DNA from: Macrostomum lignano
Taxonomy: Eukaryota
NCBI GenBank assembly: GCA_002269645.1
Contig: NIVC01002390.1
Location: forward strand, 2,652 to 66,651
Direction of reading: 5' to 3'
Length of the DNA: 64,000 bases
This document shows, piece after piece, positions 34,401-46,400 of the stretch. Both the position numbers and the translations under genes were made by a program. Under the pieces are notes generated by a model that saw only the letters and a program-made list of their open reading frames with translations, made no database searches and had not been told where the DNA came from. Within the stretch, counting starts at the first letter, position 1. The number at the start of each line of letters is the position of its first letter.

Positions 34401-37400
34401 CCCAGAATCCCACATCTCGAATCCCAGAATCCCACATGTCAAATCCCTTCAAACTCTAAATCTTAAATCCCAGAGAAAATTCCAAAGCCTGAATTTCGCA
34501 CCTGCCACTCGAGCTCCCCCGGTCCGGGCGGCTCCTCCTGCGGGCTGGTGGACGGCGCCGAGGACGGGCTCAGACTGGCTCCAGTGGCCGGCTCCCGCTG
34601 CGGCAGGGCGGCAACCAGCTCCTCTTCTTCGTCGTCGCTGCTACTAGAAGAAGACTCCTCCCGGCGGAGTCGGCGACCAGTCGTAGGCGAGGCGGCGGCG
34701 TCCCGGTCGGAGGCGGCATCGCCGTAGCTGTCGCTGTAGATGGGGACGCTGCCGACACCCCAGTTGAGCTTGACGTGGCCGGGGTGAGTCGGGCTGTCCG
34801 GGTCCTCGATGTTGAGGAAGCCGAGCTGGTCGTCGATGAAGCCGACGATGTTGTAGTAGCGCAGCTCGGAGCTGCTCGAGTCCTCGAGCAGGAGGTCATC
34901 TGAGGACACGGGCGTTTGATTGATACACATTGGGGATAATTAGCTACTAAATGAGTCACCTGTGACCAATCAGGGATAATTAGCTACTAAATGAGTCACC
35001 TGTGACCAATCAGGGATAATTAGCTACTAAATGAGTCACCTGTGACCAATCAGGGATAATTAGCTACTAAATGAGTCACCTGTGACCAATCAGGGATAAT
35101 TAGCTACCAAATGAGTCACCTGTGACCAATCAGGGATAATTAGCTACCAAATGAGTCACCTGTGACCAATCAGAGAAAATTAGCTACCAAATCAGTCACC
35201 CGTGACCAGTTAGGGATAATTAGCTACCAAGTGAGTCACCTGTGACCAATTAGAAATAATTAGCTACCACAGTTATGCCAACATACCAGTCTGCTCATTT
35301 GTAGAGGTGGTATCACTGCTAGAGTGCACGCTGCCCTGCCTGTCAATGGTCTCAGTAGACTGGCTGAATATCACCTGTAAAGAATAAATGGTGCAAAAGG
35401 TTGTGATGCACAAAGCTGTGCTTTAGTATTAGAAGATTAGCTAATTTAATATTTATGACTGGCAGTCCGTTTCCCAGCGCTAAGCGAAAGCCAAAACATA
35501 CTGTCGGTGCGAAAATTAACTGTTGAAAGCATAAAATTATGTACATGTTATTTATTGACTACTTGCAGTATGAGACTGGCGAGTAGCAGTTAGAGCCTAA
35601 TTGATATTTATGCTTATCGGCATTCATGGAAACACTGCTTAGACAAATGCACTTTTAGCCAATGTAGTAGTCTGGCATAACAATGGTTAAATCTTCATTA
35701 ATTAAGTGTTATTTTTATTCAAATTACTGCCGTATTATTTTTGAATACCAGCTCAACAGGCGATGGTTTCTAACTGGCCAAAAACTTTCTGTAGTTGCTA
35801 AGGCTTCGGATGGTTGCTAAGTGTTTGGGTGGTTGCCAAGGCCTTGGGTAGTTGCTAAGGGTTTGTGTGTTTGCTAAGGCTTTGAGTGGTTGCTAAGGCT
35901 TTGGGTAGTTGTTAAGGCTTTGGGTGGTTGCTAAGGCTTTGGGTAGTTGCTAAGGGTTTGTGTGTTTGCTAAGGCTTTGAGTGGTTGCTAAGGCTTTGGG
36001 TAGTTGTTAAGGCTTTGGGTGGTTGCTAAGGCTTTGGGTAGTTGCTAAGGGTTTGTGTGTTTGCTAAGGCTTTGAGTGGTTGCTAAAGCTTTGGGTAGTT
36101 GCTAAGGGTCTGGGTGGTTGCTAAAGGTTTGGGTAGTTGCTAAGGCTTTGGGTAGTTGCTAAGGCTTTGGGTGGTTGCTAAGGGTTTGGGTGGTTGCCAA
36201 GGCTTTGGGTAGTTGCTAAGGGTTTGTGTGTTTGCTAAGGCTTTGAGTGGTTGCTAAAGCTTTGGGTAGTTGCTAAGGGTCTGGGTGGTTGCTAAAGGTT
36301 TGGGTAGTTGCTAAGGCCTTGGGTAGTTGCTAAGGCTTTGGGTGGTTGCTAAGGGTTTGGGTGGTTGCTAAGGCTTTGGTGGTTGCTAAGGTTTTGGGTA
36401 GTTGCTACGGCTTTGGGTGGTTGCCAAGAGGTTCAGATGGCTGCCAGTAGCAGTAATGCTTGTGACCAGCTGCTTGTAAAGCGTTGGGAATTTAGTATTT
36501 AGGAAGGAGGCATGCAGGTGAGATGTCTGAATGTGATTTAAATTTCCATGATTTCGATTTAATGATAAACAGTTAAACAAACAGATAAAGGTTAGAGAAA
36601 ATTCAGAACGAGAGGCCTACAGAAGACAATAGACAGAAAAACACAAACAAACAAATAAACAAAATAAACGAGTCTATAAAGCAGTTCACGAATGCCCTGG
36701 ACAAGCATAAATTCACAAAAATGCTGAATGGTCAAACTAATAGTCAAATGATTAGTCAATAAATGATTTAGAATAGCAAACCACTTACTCTGCCAGCTCG
36801 CCTAGTTGTGGCAAACTTCTAAAAATGGCGCCAATACATTGGAAAAATAAAGCAGTGAAAGATTTTTCTGTAACAGAAATCAAGGACATCCACAGATACT
36901 AGAATAATTAGTTGGGCCACTCCTCACATTTGCGTGCAAACTACTTTTAGTTCAGTAGTAAGTTAAACTGAAGCATTTTAATGTGTTTTATAAGCCAAGG
37001 CTCTCCCCCCAGCTTAAACCCTCCAACCGCGCCTTTCCACACTCCCCCCCGCCACGCCCCAATGTTTATTGCCTTTCTCGGAATTCCAGCCTAAAGCTGC
37101 CATGTACATTTCAGTGGACTGGCTAATGTACATTATTGCTGAACCAATTAGCAAGTTGTTTACGCCTGCAAGCTTGGGCTTCTAAACTTATCAAAGTCAT
37201 TTCAGCTGGCTTTATTTTTATAAATAGCTTATGTATTCTTCTTTGCTACTGAACTGAAAGTAGAAAAATGTTTTACGAAGTATATATGCTTGAGTGGCCC
37301 ATCTAGTTATTTTAGTATCTGTGAGGACACCTGCCCTATGCTACTGCAAGTAGGTACGAGTTCAATGCTAGATATTGATAAGTTTGCCCGTAAAAATTAC

Positions 37401-40400
37401 AAAAAGCAGAAGATCGAGCGCGTGCAATTTTGGAGTTCAGCAGCAAAGAAACACAAGCACGCACAGAGCCCAAGGCAGATTCTACAGTCAGCTGATATTG
37501 TTTCGATAAGGGAGGCGCACCAAATCAAGCTTGAGTCAGAAATAATCGATTTTGCAATCAGCGCAAAAATATTAAATTATGAAAACTATTGCATGCTTTG
37601 TGAACTAGCAGGCCAGGTGCGATTTTACTGAGTATTTTGGTTTGGAATTCTGAATCACCATCCCCCCACCGTGACCCTGTCTGAATCACCATCCCCCACT
37701 GTGACCCTGTCTGAATCACTATCCCCCACCGTGACCCTGTCTGAATCACAATTCTCCCACCGTGACCCTGTCTGAATCACTATCCCCCACCGTGACCCTG
37801 TCTGAATCACCATCCCCCCACCGTGACCCTGTCTGAATCACAATCCCCCACTGTGACCCTGTCTGAATCACAATTCCCCCACCGTGACCCTGTCTAAATC
37901 ACAATTCCCCCACCGTGACCCTGTCTAAATCACCATCCCCCCACCGTGACCCTGTCTGAATCACCATCCCCCACTGTGACCCTGTCTGAATCACTATCCC
38001 CCACCGTGACCCTGTCTGAATCACAATTCTCCCACCGTGACCCTGTCTGAATCACTATCCCCCACCGTGACCCTGTCTGAATCACAATCCCCCACTGTGA
38101 CCCTGTCTGAATCACTATCCCCCACCGTGACCCTGTCTGAATCACAATTCCCCCACCGTGACCCTGTCTGAATCACCATCCCCCCACCGTGACCCTGTCT
38201 GAATCACTATCCCCCACCGTGACCCTGTCTGAATCACAATTCTCCCACCGTGACCCTGTCTGAATCACAATTCCCCCACCGTGACCCTGTCTGAATCACA
38301 ATCCCCCACTGTGACCCTGTCTGAATCACAATTCCCCCACCGTGACCCTGTCTGAATCACAATCCCCCACTGTGACCCTGTCTGAATCACAATCCCCCAC
38401 TGTGACCCTGTCTAAATCACCATCCCCCCACCGTGGCCCTGTCTGAATCACAATTCCCCCACCGTGGCCAGTCTTAACTATTAACCAGGATTGCTAAACT
38501 CAGACAATATTATAGACGCTGGTGAGAATGCCGCGATCGAGAAACCGACACGCTTTAAATCTATACCTGGGAGGCATATTAGCAAGCAGATAGTCTTTAA
38601 CCAGTCTTTAACCAAGGCCCAAGGGTGAATGGACCCCAATTTCAAATACAGCTGTACCATAAATAACATTTATTAAAATTCTACTTAAACGATCGATTGA
38701 TTGATTGATTGATTGGTTTAACTTTATGCATTGAGTGATTGATCGTTTTGATTCTTGATTGACTGATTGATTGATCATTTCGATTCTTGATTGACTGATT
38801 GATTGATCGTTTCGATTCTTGATTGACTGATTGATTGATCGTTTCGATTCTTGATTGACTGATTGATTGATCATTTCGATTCTTGATTGACTGATTGATT
38901 GATCGTTTCGATTCTTGATTGACTGATTGATTGATCATTTCGATTCTTGATTGACTGATTGATTGATCGTTTCGATTCTTGATTGACTGATTGATTGATC
39001 GTTTTGATTCTTGATTGACTGATTGATTGATCGTTTTGATTCTTGATTGACTGATTAATTGATCATTTCGATTCTTGATTGACTGATTGATTGATCGTTT
39101 TGACTATTGATCGACAGATTAATTGTTTAGATTCCTGATTTGATTGGTGTATGATTCAAATGATTAACAGCCACATGCCTGTAGTATCATACAGAAGTAC
39201 AATTGGGTAATAACTGTTGGATGTAAGCGGATATTGTAATCACCGATGATATAAATACATTATAGGACAAATAAGCACTGCTTGTACTGCACTATGCGTA
39301 CAGCACACACAGACAGAAACAAAATGAATGCAGGGGGAAGGGGGAGTTTGAAAATCGTTTTGGTCAACAATCTTCTGTTCGGGCAATGGTTGATTTACCT
39401 TATGCCAGTAGGCATCCTAAAAATTGGAATTGGCACAGCAATTGGTTGCGTTGAGTGCATGCGGGTTGGGGTTGCCAGATGCTTATAGATAATAAATTAA
39501 TAATTTCGCACTTCTAAACAAAACATGCTAAGACAAGCGGCGATACCTAGGTACAAAATATTTCTTTTTAATTAATATGCTAGTATTTCTACTGGAACTA
39601 GCATAAGTTGCGCACATCAATTTTAAAACTAAACTAAACTAATTTGGGCTGGACAACATTAGGAAAATTACATTATGCTTTGGTACACATCAGAGAAACG
39701 ATATACATGTAGAAACATAAGCTAACAACAGCTCAGGATGCAGATATATATATTTACAAGCTGGTAAATAACGGATTCTATGCCAAGTCAAAATGCACTT
39801 TTTATAAGCTTTTAGTTCCAATTGAACTTAGCAGCAGCTCTAACTAATAGCAGTACAAGTGAAATCCGCTGAAGTCCGCTTGCAGCCAATTAATGTGACT
39901 CAATGCACTTCACTGATAACTTAATGCCTGTCACTCTCTGTTTTTCACTCTTCTCTGGCTGTCTGTCACTCTCTGTTTTTCACTCTTCTCTGGCTGTCTG
40001 TCACTCTCTGTTTTTCACTCTTCTCTGGCTGCCTGTCACTCTTTGTTCTTTTCACTCTTCTCTGGCTGCCTGTCACTCTTTGTTCTTTTCACTCTTCTCT
40101 GGCTGCCTGTCACTCTTTGTTCTTTTCACTCTTCTCTGGCTGCCTGTCACTCTTTGTTCTTTTCACTCTTCTCTGGCTGCCTGTCACTCTTTGTTCTTTT
40201 CACTCTTCTCTGGCTGCCTGTCACTCTTTGTTCTTTTCACTCTTCTCTGGCTGCCTGTCACTCTTTGCTTTCTTGGAAAACTGTAAAAATCCACTTTTAT
40301 CTCCCTTACTCTGTTTTCCTGCTCCTGTTTCCAAGCCCTTGTATTGAATGAATCAGGAAAAGCATATCAGTAAATACAAACTGCGCAAATCGGCAAAACA

Positions 40401-43400
40401 AAACTGGGAATGCAAAACAAAAACCAAATCGCGGCAATCCCAACTCACCGATGGAGACTTTGGCAGGCCGGCTCGGGCGCCAAAATAGCCGGCGCACAGG
40501 GCAACCAGCCGGATTCGAACTCGGGGCACCTGCGGCAGGTGCCGATCGCCGCCGCTAGTGCCGCCGCCGCCACCGCTGCTGCTGCCACCGCCGCCGCCGC
40601 CACCTCCGCTAGCCAGAGAGCGCTTCTCACCACAGCCGCCGCTGCCGCTGTCGGAGGAAGACAGAGAGCCGCCTCCGCCGCCGCCGATGGCTGGCGGTGC
40701 CGACACAGCCGAAGCCATAGACGCTGTGGAGGCTGCGGCAGCTGGATGATGATGCTGCTGCTGCTGCTGAGCCGATTGAGCAGCACCGCCAATTTGATCT
40801 TCCGAGCGAACGTCGAAGGTGAAGTTGAGAGTTCGGCCTGGGAGTTCGCGACGCGGCGGCTCAGCCTCCGGCAGGGGGACCAGCGGCAGCACAAGCGGGT
40901 GCTTCGTGTGCGAGGCGGGCGGCACGCTGCTGGACTTGAACACCAGGTGCTTGAGAATCTGCGTGTTGGGTTGCAGGTAGGTGGATTATTTTTAGTGAAT
41001 TTTGGAATGGCATAGTCCCTGGTTGGATAATTCCTACTGTTGTTTGGCGATGGTTAATGAGCGATTCTACGGGCTCTTGGAGTCTAAAACTCATGCTGAT
41101 TAACAGGGGATTTTCAAATTGGATAACATGGGAATTTCAAATTGGATAACAGGGGATTTTCAAATTGGATAACAGGGGAATTTCAAATTGGATAACATGG
41201 GAATTTCAAATTGGATAACAGGGGATTTTCAAATTGGATAACAGGGGAATTTTGAGATTGGATAACAGGGGAATTTGAGACTGGATAACAGGGGAATTTT
41301 GAGATTGGATAACAGGGGAATTTGAGATTGGATAACAGGGGAATTTTAAATTGGATAACAGAAGAATTTGAGATTGGATAACAGGGGAATTTAAAATTGG
41401 ATAACAGGGGAATTCGAGATTGGATAACAGGGGAATTTAAAATTGGATAACAGGGGAATTTGAGATTGGATAACAGGGGAATTTAAAATTGGATAACAGG
41501 GGAATTTGAGATTGGATAACAGTGGTATTTCAAATTGGATAACAGGGGAATTTGAGATTGGATAACAGGGGAATTTGAGACTGGATAAAAGGGGTATTGA
41601 GATTAGATAACAGGGGAATTTAAAATTGGATAACAGGGGAATTTGAGATTGGATAACAGGGGAATTTGAGACTGGATAAAAGGGGTATTGAGATTAGATA
41701 ACAGGGGAATTCAAAATTGGATAACAGGGGAATTTGAGATTGGATAACAGGGGAATTTGAGATTGGATGACAGGGGAATTTGAGATTGGATAACAGGGGA
41801 ATTTCTAATTGGATAACAGGGGAATTTGAGATTGGATAACAGGGGAATTCCAGATTAGATAACAGGGGAATTCCAGATTAGATAACAGGGGAATCTTATG
41901 ATGGATAACTGGAGAAATTCAGATTGGATAACAGGGGAATTTCAAAGTGGATAGGGAATCTCAGGGTGGAAAATAGATCTCAGTGGATAGTCAGGATCTC
42001 AAGGCAGGTTCACACAGAAGCCGTACCGCATGCAGTCGCATGGTGTCACCGCAGCCGTGGGCAATCTGCCTAGTCAGTATGTGCACCAAGGGCCTCGCCA
42101 CCTCCTCCGTCAAATCAACATTGCTCAACAGTGCGTGCAGAGCGCCCTGCGAGTGCGGCAGCAGCACGGCTGGCCAGGCCTCCAGCTGACCGAGAGCCTG
42201 GCGCACCAGAGCCGGGCCCAGCCCGGGGAAAGCGTCGCACAGATAGCGGCAAACGCAGCGGCACCATTGCCCAGCATCGCGGGTGAAGGAATTCCTGCTG
42301 TACTGCGCCAGCACCACGCTAAGCTGGCTGGTGGCATCTGGCCAGCTGTCCTGGCCGAAGGTGCCCAGCCTGGCGGCCGCGTCTCTGGCTTGCTGCGGCG
42401 AATTGTCATAGTGCAGCAGCAGGTAGGGCAGCAGTTGCAGCGTTAGCGACGCGAAGCCGCTTTCAGCGCCGCGCGGCTCTGTGACGGGCGACATTAGCAG
42501 GCGCGGCAGGCGGCACATCACGGCAAAGGCCGGCTCAACCAGGGCCGGAGCGGACGGGCAGCAGGCCCGGCCGAGGAGGCGCACCAGACCAGGATAGTCG
42601 GGCCATTCGAAGCGCAGCCTAGGCGGCTGGTGCTGCTCCTGAAGCCGGTCGACCAGCTGGCCGAGTATGCGCAGAGACAGCGTGAGCTCGTGCTCCACCT
42701 GTACAGGTGCGATGGGTTGGATAAAACAAATATTATTGGCATGGAGGGGCTGCGGGAATCCTGTCGCTATGCCTTCGGCGACATCGTCCCACAACCAGCG
42801 CTGACGGCAATGCTGCCCATTCCGCTGACTGTTGAGCACATAACTACTAAGGACTTCCGTTTGGCATGATTTTGGAGGTGAGGTGGGTGTCAAACCTCCT
42901 CGCCTCCCATTGGCTGGTGCCCCCAGGAACCGGATACGCATATCGATATTGGCGCTCGGCGCCCGCGCTGCTTATTTTGCTGCTCATATTTATGTTTAAT
43001 ATGCGTCAATATGTGAAAATATACGCAATTTAGACTACTATAAGTAGTTTTCACTAGCCTACTTTTTGTTAATTGTTAATAACTACTCGTACGTATCGAT
43101 GAATACAAAATCAATAAGTACATATCGGGGCGCCTGCGGGGCGCGTACATATCGGTGCTTATTGGATATTACGAATTCCTGGGGGGCGCCAGCCAATGAG
43201 AGGCGAGAATGGTTGACACCCACCTCACCTCCAAAATCATGGGTTGTGGCATGTGCACTCTTGGGCTTGAGTGAGGATACATAAGACGGCGCTGCTCACA
43301 TCGGACTCCAGCAGGCACACGGATATCCACCAAAGCACCGAGAATCTCTCGTCAGCCTGATTGGCCAGCCGCCTAGCCAATCCGCTGCTAGAACCGGACG

Positions 43401-46400
43401 AGGCAGCCAATCCGGAGGCCTCCTTGGTGTAGGACAAGTCCGTCACTGTCACGGCTCGATGATGCCTGCTCGACGCGCCAGCGGCAGACGCCGCAGAGTT
43501 GACAGCTGACGCAGCTCCGACAGAGTGCTGATTGTGCGCTGGACTGCCGTGCGATATGCCTGCAGTGTAGCTGGTGGATCGAATGTGCTGCTGCTGCGGG
43601 TCGGACTCATCTATGAGGTGCTGTTGCTGCTGATGATGAAGCTGTTTGGGAAGCTGCACAGGCGATTGACGATTCTGCAGTTCTGTAGTTGATTTAACCA
43701 TTATTGAGCCGTCGCCTCCGCTGCCAGGAGTGCCAGTTCGAGTTGACGATTGCGACTGAGAATTCGATGTGTGAGTTCTCTGCTGCTGCTGCTGGCTATG
43801 ATGCAGCGCAGAGGCTGGGGAACAGTTAGCGAATCGCACGCAGCTATCCAGGGTTAGGAGCAGCTCTCGAACGTAGCACTGATCTTCGCCGGGTTCGGAG
43901 ACCGTCTCGATTAGGCGCTGGGTCAGGTCGCCTAATCTGGCCATGCTCAGTGGCTGGCCGAGAGCTCGGAACACCTGAGACAGTTGATGAGTTGATGGAA
44001 TTTGCCTTGCTTTATATTTATTTTCGATACATGTCGGGAGCAGAAATTGAACACTGACGCTTTATGTATGTAGAAATAAACAGATCTAAACAAAGACTGA
44101 CTCGAGGTCAAAACAAAGAGCTGCTATAGATCAATCTAAACAAAGACTGACTCGAGATCAAAACAAAGAGAAAGAGTAACTATAGATCAATCTAAACAAA
44201 GACTGACTCGAGATCAAAACAAACAGCTGCTATAGATCAATCTAAACAAGGGCTGGCTTGAGATCAAAACAAACAGCTGCTATAGATCAATCTAAACAAG
44301 GGCTGGCTTGAGATCAAAACAAACAGCTGCTATAGATCAATCTAAACAAGGGCTGGCTTGAGATCAAAACAAACAGCTGCTATAGATCAATCTAAACAAG
44401 GGCTGGCTTGGGATCAAAACAAAGAGCTGCTATAAATCAATCTAAACAAAGAGTAGGCTGACTCGAGATCAAAACAAAGAGCTGCTATAGATTAATCTAA
44501 ACGAAGACTGACTCGAGATCAAAACAAAGAGCTGCTATAGATCCATTGAAACAAAGAGTTTCGATGAAATAAAACGGTATCTAGGTAAAGAAGCGTTCAG
44601 AGTCACTGGTGTCGCCCCAGAGTCGTTGCAGGTAGCACAGGTAAAATAGGAAGAAGTGACTCTAGACGACTTTAAATAGATGAGATTTCACGGTACAAGT
44701 CGCCAAAATTTGTCAAAGCCTAAACGACAATTTAAGGCGTTTTATTAAACTCTGAAACTGGAGCGACGCAAATGACTCTGGGGCCGTAGGTCGTATCTGA
44801 GACGTTGTAGGTGCGGCCTGTTTTGATCTTCAATCAGTCTTTGAAAAAACAGAGACGAATAAAGCAATAACGGAAGTCGCACCTGGAGCGACCTGCCGGC
44901 ATAGTGCCGACTAGCGCAGGACAGGCCGGCGACCAAGGCGTACTCTGCCCAGTCCACCGATTCGCCGAAAGTGCTGCCTAGCAGTTGCACCAGCTCAGCC
45001 AGGGTGCAAATTGAAGCCGACGTGCCGACACCGCCTGCCGCTGAAGCTCCGCTGGCTGTTGCGCCGCCAGGACCGCCGACATTCACTACGCCGACAACGG
45101 CACAAGCGCAGGCCCTGGCCTGCAAATAAGCGTCGTCACGTTGGAGCAGCGGCTTGCCGGGCTCCTTAGTGAGCAGCTCGGTCAGTTGGCGAGCGCCGCC
45201 GCCTTCCACCAGATAGGCTGAGACTCTCTGATCCGGCTGGCTCTGGTCCGGCGTCAGGGTGGTCAGCGAGGGCGACGCCTGGGCGTGAAAGAATTAGAGA
45301 ACGGTTTAGAGAATGCCCCAATAGAATAAATCTGAGACTAGGACTTCGATCTTGGAATCTAATGCACTTTAAGCGACATTGACACACAACCGGCGAGAGG
45401 CATTACTGCCCATTCCGACGACTCCCCTGAGCAGGCATACAAGCGCGCGGATACGTACGCAGTCATACGCACAAGCACACACTCACAGACATGTACACAC
45501 TTCGCTGTGCCCCAAGGTTGGCCCTTAAGGGCGTTAATTTGCACGAGCAAAGCCAAGGCCGAGATTCTAATTTAGTCCCAAATTTATGTGACTGCACTTG
45601 GAATCAAACCTGAGCTCCTGGCACATCAAAGCACTGCGCCAGACCACTTAGGCTACGAACCCCTCGAATCTAATGTAAGATAAAATCTAATATAATGAAT
45701 TTGGACACTAAAAATTTTGAGTTCGACGTTCGACTTTACTTAAATTCTGTCCATAGATTTTATTGTAGATTTTTGTCTAGATCTTCGAATTCCGTATCTA
45801 GATATTTGAATTCCGTGTCTAGATCTTGGAATTCCGTGTCTAGATCTTTAATGGTATCGTATCTAGATCTTCAAATTTTGTTCCTAGATCTTCAAGTTCC
45901 ATGTCTAGATCTTCGAATTCCGTGTCTTAGATATTTGAATTCCGTGTCTAGATCTTTAATCGTATCGTATCTAGATCTTCAAATTTTGTTCCTAGATCTT
46001 CAAGTTCCGTGTCTAGATCATTGAATTCCGTGTCTAGATCTTTGAATTCCGTGTCTAGATCTTCGAATTCCGTGTCTAGATCTTTAATGGTATCGTATCT
46101 AGATCTTCAAATTTTGTTCTTAGATCTTTAAGTTCCATGTCTAGATCTTTGAATTCCGTGCCTAGATCTTTGAATTCTGTGTCTAGAGCTTCAAATTCTG
46201 CGTCCAGATGTATGGATCTCATACTATGAGCTAGATTATAGGGTAATTCATTAAAATATCAACCATTACCTTAATAGCCACCTCTCCCACAGGGGAGCCC
46301 CTCAGGCTAAGCAGAGCGTGCCGGAACACATCGGAGGTCGGATAGAGCACAGTGCACAGCTGCAGCAGTACCAGACGGGCCTCCATATGAACCCTTGGCT

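Noticed and set aside
35810-36425. Interstitial telomeric repeat
   Set aside because: The unit is a 19-mer with TAAGG/TTTGGG motifs, not TTAGGG arrays.
37290-37631. Nested plus-strand gene in furry intron 15
   Set aside because: Short, starts inside the MITE TIR, and has no recognisable motif.
39399-39481. 83-nt AG..GT cassette exon candidate in furry intron 15
   Set aside because: It is not frame-preserving and no compensating exon was found; exon 15 joins exon 16 in frame through the conserved PS|VIFS.
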